From: Alkanindiges sp. WGS2144
GTDB lineage: Bacteria; Pseudomonadota; Gammaproteobacteria; Pseudomonadales; Moraxellaceae
Length of the DNA: 32,000 nucleotides
Direction: 5' to 3' (one strand)
NCBI RefSeq assembly: GCF_043950625.1
Contig: NZ_CP171007.1
This document shows, in pieces, positions 7,808-16,750 of this stretch; the stretch's first letter is position 1; each line of letters starts with the position of its first letter. A program made the translations under genes and the position numbers. The notes beneath the pieces were generated by a model, which searched no databases, had not been told where the DNA came from, and saw only the letters and a program-made list of their open reading frames with translations.

Positions 7808-9082
7808 ATGCGTTATTTTAATCAAACTTCCCTTAAGTGTATTGCCGTCTCTGCCCTAAGCGTGGCACTGGCTGCCTGCGGTGGTAGTGGCAGTAGTGAT
7901 AGCGGTAATAATTCTAATGGAGACAATAGCCCACCCGCTTCGATTGATGCATTTAGCGTCAAGGCCAAACAATGGATAGTGCCATTTCAAGCCAATACCG
8001 ATGCCTGCTATGATATCGACACGCAGGCACAAGTGGACTGCAATAAACCTGACTGGGATTTAAAATTTGCTGCCGGCGCACGTACTGCCTCGTTTTATAC
8101 CAATAGTGGTGCCAGTGCCACGGCGGGCGATGCTAAAGGCGGTGCGCTTGGCTCACCATTTGATTACACATGGAACGAATTACAACAACAAAAAGACGCT
8201 ACTCAGGGCGGTAGTATCCCCAATGCGGCCTGGTTAACCGATAGCTATCAAAATGCCTTTAGCAGCACTGATAGCGCAAAATTCAATGCTTTTTTTGAAT
8301 ATGATTTATTTGGTACGCACCAGATGTCGCCTAATTTTAAGGTATTTTTAATTACCACTGACAATACCAGCAAAGCGACCATTGGTACGGATGAAGCACC
8401 TGTTTATGCCCTGCAAATTACCAATTACTATCAGGGCACGACTTCGGGCTACATGGAGATCCGCTATATCGATACGCGTAATCCTGAAGATGTACGCACA
8501 GCCACCGTTGATGCACGCAATGGCTGGGTGTATTTTGACCTGAAAAATAAAACCCGCATTGATGTGCCAAAAGACTCGAACTGGCAAGTTGCCTTTAACC
8601 GCTACAATATTAAGCTAAATAACGGCACGGTTGGTACTAGTGGCAAGGTCGGTAGCTATACTGATGATACCTTACAGCCAACTGGTTTTTATGATGCAGA
8701 TGGCAAAGTCATGACCAGCAAGTTCCAAAGCAAAACCGTACTTAATGATACGTTGCAGGATTTAAAAAACGCCACGACTGTGCAGGTCAATCAATGGACC
8801 AGTGATAGCATTGCGTCAATACTCAACCCTGGCTATCAGGGTCAATACCCGTCGCCTCTGGACTATGGCTGGTTTAAATACTACCCTACCGCCAATCCTG
8901 AGGCAGGCGTGCAGGCTGCACATACGCTGGTAGCCAACCCGGAAAATGCCTCCCTGATTCGTGGCAATACCGGCAAAAGCTATGCCCGCTTCCATGTGAC
9001 TAACATTGAATATGCAGATCCGAAAGATATCAATAGTGCACAAAAATGGACTATTGAATTTGATATTCAGCCTGCCAAATAG
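7808..9082 (+). CDS. outer-membrane lipoprotein, tandem HmuY-like domains
   Basis: 424 aa with the lipobox LAAC (Cys24), then a Gly/Ser/Asn linker. Two copies of the motif set are present: (Y-x-D ... W-D/Q-L/V-x-F ... N-x-G) at residues 67-101 and 239-273, and (YA-L/R-x-I/V-TN-Y/I) at residues 199-207 and 392-400. A GGAG RBS lies 7 nt upstream of the ATG, and the gene starts 45 nt after the receptor gene. The HmuY-family call is by motif memory only. Confidence 0.55.
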   Translation: MRYFNQTSLKCIAVSALSVALAACGGSGSSDSGNNSNGDNSPPASIDAFSVKAKQWIVPFQANTDACYDIDTQAQVDCNKPDWDLKFAAGARTASFYTNSGASATAGDAKGGALGSPFDYTWNELQQQKDATQGGSIPNAAWLTDSYQNAFSSTDSAKFNAFFEYDLFGTHQMSPNFKVFLITTDNTSKATIGTDEAPVYALQITNYYQGTTSGYMEIRYIDTRNPEDVRTATVDARNGWVYFDLKNKTRIDVPKDSNWQVAFNRYNIKLNNGTVGTSGKVGSYTDDTLQPTGFYDADGKVMTSKFQSKTVLNDTLQDLKNATTVQVNQWTSDSIASILNPGYQGQYPSPLDYGWFKYYPTANPEAGVQAAHTLVANPENASLIRGNTGKSYARFHVTNIEYADPKDINSAQKWTIEFDIQPAK

Positions 9083-9106
9083 CTTAAAAATATAAGAGAC
9101 GTACAT

Positions 9107-9138
9107 TGCTGCCGGGTATTTAAGCATGCCCGGCAGCA
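9107..9138. terminator. hairpin between the convergent lipoprotein gene and tadA
   Basis: TGCTGCCGGG (9107-9116) pairs with CCCGGCAGCA (9129-9138) around a 12-nt loop. A U-rich stretch (CTCTTATATTTTT) follows only on the minus strand. Confidence 0.55.
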
Positions 9139-9160
9139 TGTGTAGGGTTAAGTCGTAAGG

Positions 9161-9655
9161 TCAGAGAAAGTTTTGTTTTTTCTGGCGACGCGCTGCAAAA
9201 AACTGCTTTAACAACTGCTGTGATTGCTCAGCCAGCACCCCCCCTTCAACGCTAAAAAAATGATTATAAAAACCACTTTGCATAAGTTGTCTAGCACTCA
9301 CTAAAGAACCAGCCCGTGGCTCAGCAGCAGCAAATACCACATGTTGTACCCTGGCATGAATCAGTGCACCCACACATTGGGTACAGGGTTCCAAAGTGAC
9401 ATACAGCGTGGTGTTTGGCGGTAAACGATAGTTCTGCAAGCGCTGGCAGGCATCACGAATGGCACAAATCTCAGCATGCGCGGTTGGATCGTGCCGGTTA
9501 ATGGGCTGATTAAATCCAGCGCCAATAATACGTTGCTCATGTACCAGCACTGCCCCAACAGGGACTTCTCCCTGCTGGGCAGCCTGTTGTGCCAGTTCCA
9601 GTGCCTGCTGCATCCAGTATTCATGACGCTGGTCTGTGTCCTCAACAGCACTCAT
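9161..9655 (-). CDS. tadA: tRNA adenosine(34) deaminase
   Basis: 164 aa with the CDA zinc motifs HAEICAI and LEPCTQCVGAL. The size is typical of TadA. Confidence 0.9.
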   Translation of the reverse strand: MSAVEDTDQRHEYWMQQALELAQQAAQQGEVPVGAVLVHEQRIIGAGFNQPINRHDPTAHAEICAIRDACQRLQNYRLPPNTTLYVTLEPCTQCVGALIHARVQHVVFAAAEPRAGSLVSARQLMQSGFYNHFFSVEGGVLAEQSQQLLKQFFAARRQKKQNFL

Positions 9656-9673
9656 TTAATGGATCATACCGTT

Positions 9674-10780
9674 TTAGAGCACTTCATACTGGCGTAAAAT
9701 ACCCATCCAGTCTGCATCATCGGCAACTGGAGTCGTACCTAGTGCTTCTTTTAGATTATTAAAGGACTTTGCTTGCCAGGATGGGGATAAATCCTTGTCT
9801 ACCAAGCGTGCACGTACACCTTCAATAAAATCAGGATGCAGGGTTTTCCACTCTGCCAGAGTTCTTTCTAGCTCAAACACACGTTCCCAGGACGGATTGG
9901 TTTTGCCCCATTGCCATAGCAACCAGGTCAGTGCGGCGGTAGAAGGAGAACCTTTAAGCAGGTTTTCTCCGGCCTGACGTAACCAGTCGCTGCGTGCTTC
10001 TATCAGGCTAACAATGCTCTGATAATCCTGCATAAAATTAACACCACGGCACACGCTGTGGATCACATCCAATGAATCCTGTAAGGGTCCGGCAGACAAT
10101 GGCCGATGCAAGGCATCCAGTGTGTCATCAATGGCACGAAACGCTCCGGCTGGATAAGCATTCCAGTCAATTTGCACTACCCGCGCCAGCACATCTTCAC
10201 GGTTTTCTCCACTGATATGAGTTGCCCAGCCAATGGTATAAGCACCTGAGGCACTCATAATGGAACCTGTTAGGCCAAGAAATAAACCCAGGGCACCTCG
10301 TTCGGCCAAAAAGCGCGTTGCGCCTACATCCGGGTACAGGCCAACATTGATTTCCGGCATGGCAAGACGTGAGTGTGGGGCAACCAGTCTGAACGGCGCG
10401 GCCATAAACAGCCCCATGCCACCACCCATCACGTAACCCTCACCCCAGACTACTACTGGTTTGCTATAACGATGCAGTAATAAATCCAGTGCATATTCTT
10501 CGGCAAAGAACTGGTGAGCAGTGCTGATTTCGTCGTTGATGATCAGCTGACGCAACTTGCGCACATCGCCCCCGGCACAAAACGCCTTTGGCGTGGTGCT
10601 ATCTAGCCAGATTGCCCGAGTTTGTTCATCGCGGTCCAAGCGTTCAAATACTTCCAGTAGTGCTTTTGCCAGTGATTCATCCAGCGCATGCAGGGATTTT
10701 GGCCGGTTCAGCCGTACCAGCGTCCAGCCATTGCTAATACGCTCAACAATTAAATCCGGGTGTTGGGTTAAATCCGTCAT
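9674..10780 (-). CDS. enoyl-CoA hydratase/isomerase family protein (3-hydroxyisobutyryl-CoA hydrolase-like)
   Basis: Crotonase motifs are present: FCAGGDVRKL, GYVMGGGMGL and MPEINVGLYPDVGATRFL. The length of about 370 aa fits the HIBCH subgroup. The track ORF starts at 10810 and overlaps ung, so ATG 10780 (MTDLTQ...) or 10795 is more likely. Confidence 0.75.
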   Translation of the reverse strand: MTDLTQHPDLIVERISNGWTLVRLNRPKSLHALDESLAKALLEVFERLDRDEQTRAIWLDSTTPKAFCAGGDVRKLRQLIINDEISTAHQFFAEEYALDLLLHRYSKPVVVWGEGYVMGGGMGLFMAAPFRLVAPHSRLAMPEINVGLYPDVGATRFLAERGALGLFLGLTGSIMSASGAYTIGWATHISGENREDVLARVVQIDWNAYPAGAFRAIDDTLDALHRPLSAGPLQDSLDVIHSVCRGVNFMQDYQSIVSLIEARSDWLRQAGENLLKGSPSTAALTWLLWQWGKTNPSWERVFELERTLAEWKTLHPDFIEGVRARLVDKDLSPSWQAKSFNNLKEALGTTPVADDADWMGILRQYEVL

Positions 10781-10791
10781 TGTAATTTCAC

Positions 10792-11502
10792 TCATTCGTC
10801 CAATTGCCATTGAATAGGGGCTTTTCCATGCTGGATGAGATACTGATTCGTTTTTGAGAATACTTTACAGCCAAAAAATCCGCCCCGGTTGGCAGCCAGG
10901 GGCGATGGATGTGCAGCTTTTAATACCAGATGCTTACTGGAATCAATCCGCTGGCCTTTACGCTGGGCATAGGCACCCCATAAAATAAACACCGTATGCT
11001 CGGTCTTTTCATTAATAACGTCAATAATACAGTCAGTAAATTTTTCCCAGCCCTGATTTTGATGGGAAGCTGCCTGCCCAGCATTCACGGTCAATACACT
11101 GTTTAACAGTAATACGCCTTGCCGCGTCCAGGCAGATAAGTCGCCATGTTTGGCTGGTGGAATTCCAAGATCGGTATATAGCTCTTGATAAATATTTCTG
11201 AGGGAAGGAGGCAATGGCACGCCACGCTGTACCGAAAATGACAATCCATTGGCCTGATTGGGGCCATGATAAGGATCCTGCCCCAGAATAACCACTTTGA
11301 CCTGATCAAGCGGCGTGCTGTTGAGGGCATTAAAAATAAGCGGACTGGGGGGATAAACAGTGCGCTTTTCCTGTTTTTGTTCTAACAAGAAATGGCGCAG
11401 GTGCGTCATGGTATCACTAAGCAGTACATTGACGAGCGGCTTTTTCCAGCTTGCATCAAGCTTGATGTTTTCCAGTGCAGCTTCATCCTGCGGGGATACC
11501 AT
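10792..11502 (-). CDS. ung: uracil-DNA glycosylase
   Basis: 236 aa with the motifs GQDPYHGPNQANGLSFSV and HPSPLA. Confidence 0.95.
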   Translation of the reverse strand: MVSPQDEAALENIKLDASWKKPLVNVLLSDTMTHLRHFLLEQKQEKRTVYPPSPLIFNALNSTPLDQVKVVILGQDPYHGPNQANGLSFSVQRGVPLPPSLRNIYQELYTDLGIPPAKHGDLSAWTRQGVLLLNSVLTVNAGQAASHQNQGWEKFTDCIIDVINEKTEHTVFILWGAYAQRKGQRIDSSKHLVLKAAHPSPLAANRGGFFGCKVFSKTNQYLIQHGKAPIQWQLDE

Positions 11503-11736
11503 TGATCATTTCTCCTGAAAATCCGTCTCTTTTAGATTTTAATGACACGCAATTATAAAAGCTGAAGTAACCTACTATTTCAAGTACAAATTTGATTGCA
11601 GCTATTGTCTGATGAAGTTGCCTTACTTGGCAGGCGAAAAAATATAACATAAAATATGTATTTGATATGTATATTTATTAGCCATTAACTTGCCTGCACT
11701 ATTGTGCATAGCCGCAAGCCGACCTGATTAACCACA

Positions 11737-12336
11737 CTAACCGGTACTGATCTGCTGGCTAACTTCGGGATTAAGAAAAGTCAGGCCTTTTTTAAGCTGT
11801 TCATACATGTCGGGATTGGACCACTCCAGTTGTACCTGCTGTGAGAACTCAATACTATTCAGGCTTAGCTCGCCCATTTGTTTATTGTTGATATCTTCCC
11901 GGAAACACTGTGCATAGCCAGTTGCGGTTTCATGCACAATTACTGAATATACCTGTACATCACCTTCGCCATTTTGGGTAATGGTTTGTTGTAATACCTG
12001 ATCAGCCAAGAAAAAGAAGATACGCGAAAATTGCTCGGCGGATGGCGATACCGGTAGGCTGACCCAGCGGGCGCTATAGGTTTTGCATGCTTCAATATAG
12101 CCTGGATTGTCCTTGTTCCAAAAGCAGATGGCGTGGTCAAAGCTATCAATAAGATCTTTAATAGCCCCTTTTAACAAGCCAAAATCATAAACCATTTGAC
12201 CATGATCAAGCCGGTTAGCTGACAAAATCAGCTCAACCTGATAGCTATGTCCGTGAATAGAGCGACGGCAGCGGTCAGATGTACAATTACGCACCACATG
12301 GGCGTTTTCAAACTTGAATAGTTTGCGAATAAGCAT
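11737..12336 (-). CDS. queD: 6-carboxytetrahydropterin synthase (QueD / PTPS family)
   Basis: The sequence has FKFENAHVV and the Cx3HGH motif (CRRSIHGHSY). The track ORF extends to 12414, but the conserved N-terminus begins at ATG 12336 (MLIRKLFKFENAH). Confidence 0.8.
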   Translation of the reverse strand: MLIRKLFKFENAHVVRNCTSDRCRRSIHGHSYQVELILSANRLDHGQMVYDFGLLKGAIKDLIDSFDHAICFWNKDNPGYIEACKTYSARWVSLPVSPSAEQFSRIFFFLADQVLQQTITQNGEGDVQVYSVIVHETATGYAQCFREDINNKQMGELSLNSIEFSQQVQLEWSNPDMYEQLKKGLTFLNPEVSQQISTG

Positions 12337-12468
12337 ACTGTTAAACCCTGTCAAACGCTTAAAGCCTGCTGAAACTGAAAAACAAAGCAAAAGGCCATGA
12401 CCAGTATAGGGCAAATTGACGGGTTTGGCTAAAACTTTAAAAAGCTGCTAATTTTTGCCACTCTGGCC

Positions 12469-13470
12469 TTATAGCGTGGCAAACTGTTGCAATAATTGTT
12501 CAATATTTTGCTCACCAGTTTTGAGGTCAGCAATGGGCATTTGATGGCGCTGATAAGCCATGACCTGCTCACCTTGCCGATAAAGCTGACTGCTTAGATA
12601 ACGCTTTCTACCGGACAGGTTTACCACGATTTGTGCGTGAAAAAACTCACTTTTTATAGCAATAAGCCGATCAATATTGGGTGGTTTGCTGCCAGATAGC
12701 TGACTAAAACCAGGCTGGTTCCATAACTCGGCAGCCTGACTCAAATATTGCTGGCTTTTATCCCGCTGAGTCACCCACTCTTGCACCTGATTGAGCTGCA
12801 AATCATCGCTTAAGGCGCTAAGTAGCATGGCTGGTGCAGTATTGACGTTAATTGGACTAAAATAAGGCACGGCGGTCACATAAGGTGCAATTAAATTGTA
12901 ATTACGCAAGTCAAACCCCCGTACCTGACGTAGCTCCTCTACCTGAATAAAAGGTCGATTGGCTGCCAGATAAGCAGGCTGCTGACCCAGATAAAAACTA
13001 TCCTCAGCGCCCATGGCACCAGTTACCACATCATCAGGATCCTGCCAGTCCAGTACACTTTCAGCCAGATCAGCCGGTAAGCCGACACGTTTTAACAGCC
13101 GCTGAAACAACTCAAATGCTTCTTTGTCCGGCTTTCCATCATGATATAAATTATTTAAGTTAAATTTGGAAGACTGGTCAATTAACCGGCCGCTTACGCT
13201 CCCATCCTCTACAGGGAAAGCAGGTAAAGGCTGTGCCCATTGTTCACTTAAATTATCGTTATCCTTGCTGTTTTTGGCATAATTCACCAGCAATTCTGAT
13301 AAAAAATATTCACCGGATTTGGCATATACCCAAGCCTGATCCTGACGCAGCAAGATACTGCCTTCACGCACCATACGCTGCTGCTGGTTTAAAATACCCA
13401 TGACCATAATACTGGCAATCACGACCATAAACAGGATGGTCAGTAGTGCAACGCCTTGCTGGGTTCTCAC
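12469..13470 (-). CDS. gspK: type II secretion minor pseudopilin GspK
   Basis: 333 aa. The N-terminal segment QQGVALLTILFMVVIASIMV is pilin-like and lacks Glu5, as in GspK. Both its size and its position after gspJ fit. Confidence 0.85.
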   Translation of the reverse strand: MRTQQGVALLTILFMVVIASIMVMGILNQQQRMVREGSILLRQDQAWVYAKSGEYFLSELLVNYAKNSKDNDNLSEQWAQPLPAFPVEDGSVSGRLIDQSSKFNLNNLYHDGKPDKEAFELFQRLLKRVGLPADLAESVLDWQDPDDVVTGAMGAEDSFYLGQQPAYLAANRPFIQVEELRQVRGFDLRNYNLIAPYVTAVPYFSPINVNTAPAMLLSALSDDLQLNQVQEWVTQRDKSQQYLSQAAELWNQPGFSQLSGSKPPNIDRLIAIKSEFFHAQIVVNLSGRKRYLSSQLYRQGEQVMAYQRHQMPIADLKTGEQNIEQLLQQFATL

Positions 13471-13484
13471 GTCACTATCATCCC

Positions 13485-14201
13485 TTATTGACCATTACTG
13501 TTACTATTATTGTTGTTACCCGGCTGAGCCATTTGCTCACTTGCTCCTACATTTTCGGGCAGTTTTTTCACCAGATTAAAGCGCCACAGTATAGGTTGCT
13601 CATCTTGCATAAATTGCATCTGTAGCCCCAAGGGTAAACGGTCATCGCCCTCTGGCTGGGTACCCTCACTGGGCTTGGCCAGTTCTGCGGCTGATGGCCA
13701 ACGATCTGTCTCAGCAGGCTCCAGCGCCTGTACACTAAAATTGCTAATCTTAACCAATAAAACACTCATGGGCGGTGTCTGCAGCCGTGCCTGATCAGGA
13801 TTACGATAGCTGGTACGGATCAAGCGCTGCTGACCTGCATCATACTGATAAGTCACCCGCTCCAGATTACTACTGCTGCGGCCTGTAGGGTCAAAAGCGC
13901 CTGTGCGGGTAAACACAATTTTATCATTTTCAATAACAAGCGCTGGTTCGGTTTGACCCGACTGACGTGCTGGCCGTGCCACCAACTGGCCAAAATCACG
14001 TAACATCAGCGCATAAGTGCTTTGCAGGGTAGACAATCGTTCCGTATGAATCTGGTTGCGCTCCCGCACTTTGATTAATGCATCAAATACCTTCCAGCCT
14101 GCCAGCGCCAATATTGCAAAAATGGATAATGCCACCAGCACCTCTACCAGCGTAAAACCCTGCAATAACCGGCGACTTTTAGGAGAATAGAGCTGGCTCA
14201 T
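13485..14201 (-). CDS. gspJ: type II secretion minor pseudopilin GspJ
   Basis: 238 aa with the prepilin motif LLQG|FTLVEVLVALSIFAIL. It has an unusual Asn-rich C-terminal tail, QPGNNNNSNSNGQ. Confidence 0.85.
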   Translation of the reverse strand: MSQLYSPKSRRLLQGFTLVEVLVALSIFAILALAGWKVFDALIKVRERNQIHTERLSTLQSTYALMLRDFGQLVARPARQSGQTEPALVIENDKIVFTRTGAFDPTGRSSSNLERVTYQYDAGQQRLIRTSYRNPDQARLQTPPMSVLLVKISNFSVQALEPAETDRWPSAAELAKPSEGTQPEGDDRLPLGLQMQFMQDEQPILWRFNLVKKLPENVGASEQMAQPGNNNNSNSNGQ

Positions 14202-14216
14202 ATATATATTGCCTGA

Positions 14217-14657
14217 CTAGTTTTGCTGATATGCCACAGGGCGCTGCAAGAATGCGACCAGACTACTGACCGGAGCGCCCTTCTGATCAACGGAGGCATT
14301 GCCTTCTGCCACAGGCGTTACCTGTAGCTCAATACGACGTACATTTTCACTGATGGTATTATATACCTGATGCGTAATGAGCCAGCGCTGGCCTTGTTCC
14401 TCTACTGTTTTTTCCCCTGTTCCTTCGGGCCAGGCGCCATTAATCTCAAGTAATGCCAGCTCATTCATAGCCACAAAATGGGCAAAGGTTCGATCCTTCA
14501 TTTGCCCAATGCTCTGGGTATAGTTCATGCCTATCTTGGTTACAGCAATTGCCGCGACAGCAAAGATAGCCAATGCCACCATGACTTCAAGCAAGGTAAA
14601 ACCGGCAGTTAACTGTATCCTAGCAATTCGCCTGGAAATGATTCGATTGGCACTCAT
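14217..14657 (-). CDS. gspI: type II secretion minor pseudopilin GspI
   Basis: 146 aa with the prepilin motif LTAG|FTLLEVMVALAIFAV. It overlaps gspH by ATGA. Confidence 0.85.
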   Translation of the reverse strand: MSANRIISRRIARIQLTAGFTLLEVMVALAIFAVAAIAVTKIGMNYTQSIGQMKDRTFAHFVAMNELALLEINGAWPEGTGEKTVEEQGQRWLITHQVYNTISENVRRIELQVTPVAEGNASVDQKGAPVSSLVAFLQRPVAYQQN

Positions 14658-15259
14658 GAAGTTCCCTGCTCGGTATCAGATAACATTCCAGCACTATTAA
14701 TATAAATAGGATTGCCCACTGGCTGGTTATTAAAAAACAGTTGTAAGCGTGCCGGCTTGACTTCGCCATTACCAAACCAGATTAGATCAGGAGAATTTTG
14801 GTCAAGTAAACCTTCAGCACTGCCCATTTGCACGCTATTATTCATGCTGCGCACCTGTAAGAAAGCACCCTCACTAAACGAGCGCTGCTTAAAAGCCTCT
14901 ACAGGTTGCCATAGTGGTTTTTTTCCCATTGTGCCATGTGCTGCTGCTTCATTTTGCATAAGAGACTGATCTGGCGGGTGGTACTGGGCAAAAAAATAGC
15001 CTGCCGGTTCAGTAGCAGTCGCTGAAGTCGTGATTAATGCGTATACCTCTGCCTGATCACTGGATTCTAGCCGGACAATGTTTAAATCCTGAATCAGCTG
15101 TTCACGCTGTTGCATTAAACGGCGCTGCTCTACCCCATCAATGGAAACTACCACCAGCGCGGCAAAAATGCTCATAATCACCACCACCAGCATGACCTCA
15201 ATAAGGGTAAAACCGCGTGCTAATGAAGACATGTTCAAGTTTGCCGAAAAAGTATTCAT
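14654..15259 (-). CDS. gspH: type II secretion minor pseudopilin GspH
   Basis: The prepilin motif is LARG|FTLIEVMLVVVIMSIF. The track ORF (to 15343) would overlap the TetR gene. ATG 15259 (MNTFSANLNMSSLARGF) or 15232 is the plausible start. Confidence 0.8.
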   Translation of the reverse strand: MNTFSANLNMSSLARGFTLIEVMLVVVIMSIFAALVVVSIDGVEQRRLMQQREQLIQDLNIVRLESSDQAEVYALITTSATATEPAGYFFAQYHPPDQSLMQNEAAAHGTMGKKPLWQPVEAFKQRSFSEGAFLQVRSMNNSVQMGSAEGLLDQNSPDLIWFGNGEVKPARLQLFFNNQPVGNPIYINSAGMLSDTEQGTS

Positions 15260-15299
15260 GAAAAAGTGCTCATGAGTAAGCAACGCAAGCTGGTTAGCA

Positions 15300-15902
15300 T
15301 TAGGTAGTTTTAAACTGCTGGGGTAAAGCCAGCATCTGGTCAATAATAGCGACCCTGAAGGTATCTCTTGAACCCAGATAACGCTGATAAAAGCTGGAGT
15401 TTAAAATAGCGGCTGCCCCTTGAGTCATTGACCAGATTGCTGCCAGATAATCACGCACCGACATGTTGCTATGCGTGTCTTTTAGGTATTTTTCAGTAAT
15501 AGTAATAATTAAACGCAAACGCTGCTTACGGATCCGGTACAGCTGGTTAAACAAAACCCCCAGCCCCTGCGCTCCGGCTGACAAACGCTCTTCAATCTGG
15601 TGAAACAGCACCGTGCGCTCCGGATGATGCAAATGGTGCAGCATAAAAAATACCAGTCGTGCTGGAAAATCGCCCTGATTATCCTTAATCATGTCCAGTA
15701 ATGCCTGTTCATTGCGAATAATCAACAACAAATACAGCTCATCCTTACTCTGAAAATGCTTATATAGCGTGCCCTTTGCAAGATCCAGCTCCAGTGCCAG
15801 CGCGTCCAGCGTCATTCCCATCTCACCGCTTTCCAATAACAGGCGCTCAGCAACATCAAAAATCAGTGCTTCACGGGCACGAAACTGTGCTTGCCGATCC
15901 AT
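15300..15902 (-). CDS. TetR/AcrR family transcriptional regulator
   Basis: 200 aa with an N-terminal HTH (MTLDALALELDLAKGTLYKHFQSKDELY). It lies 12 nt downstream of tatD and about 40 nt upstream of gspH. Confidence 0.85.
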   Translation of the reverse strand: MDRQAQFRAREALIFDVAERLLLESGEMGMTLDALALELDLAKGTLYKHFQSKDELYLLLIIRNEQALLDMIKDNQGDFPARLVFFMLHHLHHPERTVLFHQIEERLSAGAQGLGVLFNQLYRIRKQRLRLIITITEKYLKDTHSNMSVRDYLAAIWSMTQGAAAILNSSFYQRYLGSRDTFRVAIIDQMLALPQQFKTT

Positions 15903-15914
15903 GACGTCTGCTCC

Positions 15915-16715
15915 TTAAGCGTTAAGCGGGTTGGATGAGTGAGAGTGCCCAGCCAGGAGCGCCTCAAAGTTACGGCTGGTGATTTGCCCCATTTTTTCCT
16001 GACTGATGCCAAAAATATCGGCCAGTGCCTTGGCTACAAAAGGCAGATACAAGGGCTCGTTGGACTTGCTGCGATAAGGCATGGGTGCAAGGTACGGACT
16101 ATCAGTTTCAATTAGAATTCGATCCAGTGGCACCTGTCTGGCAACATCACGTAAATTCTGGGCATTTTTAAAACTGATTATGCCGGAAAAAGAAATATAA
16201 AAACCCAGATCAAGTGCCGCACTGGCTGTTTCCCAGTCCTCAGTAAAGCAATGTAAAATACCATAACTGGCTTTTTCGGCACGCATCACATCAATGGTGT
16301 CATGTTTGGCACTACGGGTATGCACAATAATGGGCTTGGCTATACGCTTGCCTGCTTCGATATGTCGTGCAAAACAGTCCTTTTGTGCAGGAACATGTTC
16401 GGTACTGTGATAAAAATCCAGACCAGTTTCACCAATCGCCCACACCTGTGGTTCACTTGCCAACTGACACAGCTGCTCGACACTGGCTCGTGCCATCATG
16501 GCCGGGTTCTCGCAAGGATGTACGCCAACACTATAGCCAACATCGTGATGCTCAGCAGCTATTGCAGCGAGCGACGGCACATCGTCCAGATCCACAGCCA
16601 CAGCCAGAAAACGGCCTACTCCGGCATCCCGGGCGGCCTGTAAGGCACGGTTTAGATCACCTTCATAGGGAGTGAGATCCAGACGATTTAAATGACAGTG
16701 CGAATCAATATACAA
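15915..16715 (-). CDS. tatD: TatD family metal-dependent hydrolase/DNase
   Basis: 266 aa. The sequence has MYIDSHCHLN..., IGETGLDFY, HTRSA, ILHCF and ETDSPYL. Confidence 0.9.
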   Translation of the reverse strand: MYIDSHCHLNRLDLTPYEGDLNRALQAARDAGVGRFLAVAVDLDDVPSLAAIAAEHHDVGYSVGVHPCENPAMMARASVEQLCQLASEPQVWAIGETGLDFYHSTEHVPAQKDCFARHIEAGKRIAKPIIVHTRSAKHDTIDVMRAEKASYGILHCFTEDWETASAALDLGFYISFSGIISFKNAQNLRDVARQVPLDRILIETDSPYLAPMPYRSKSNEPLYLPFVAKALADIFGISQEKMGQITSRNFEALLAGHSHSSNPLNA

Positions 16716-16750
16716 CTTGGTATATTCCTTAATTAAAGGATCAGGTCAAA

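Noticed and set aside
12337-12414. N-terminal extensions of track ORFs: queD to 12414, gspH to 15343, exbD to 22432, amgK to 27543, rsmG to 25587, and the hydratase gene to 10810.
   Set aside because: The extensions overlap upstream genes, begin at GTG codons or unsupported ATGs, and precede the conserved family N-termini. I chose internal ATGs with better spacing instead.
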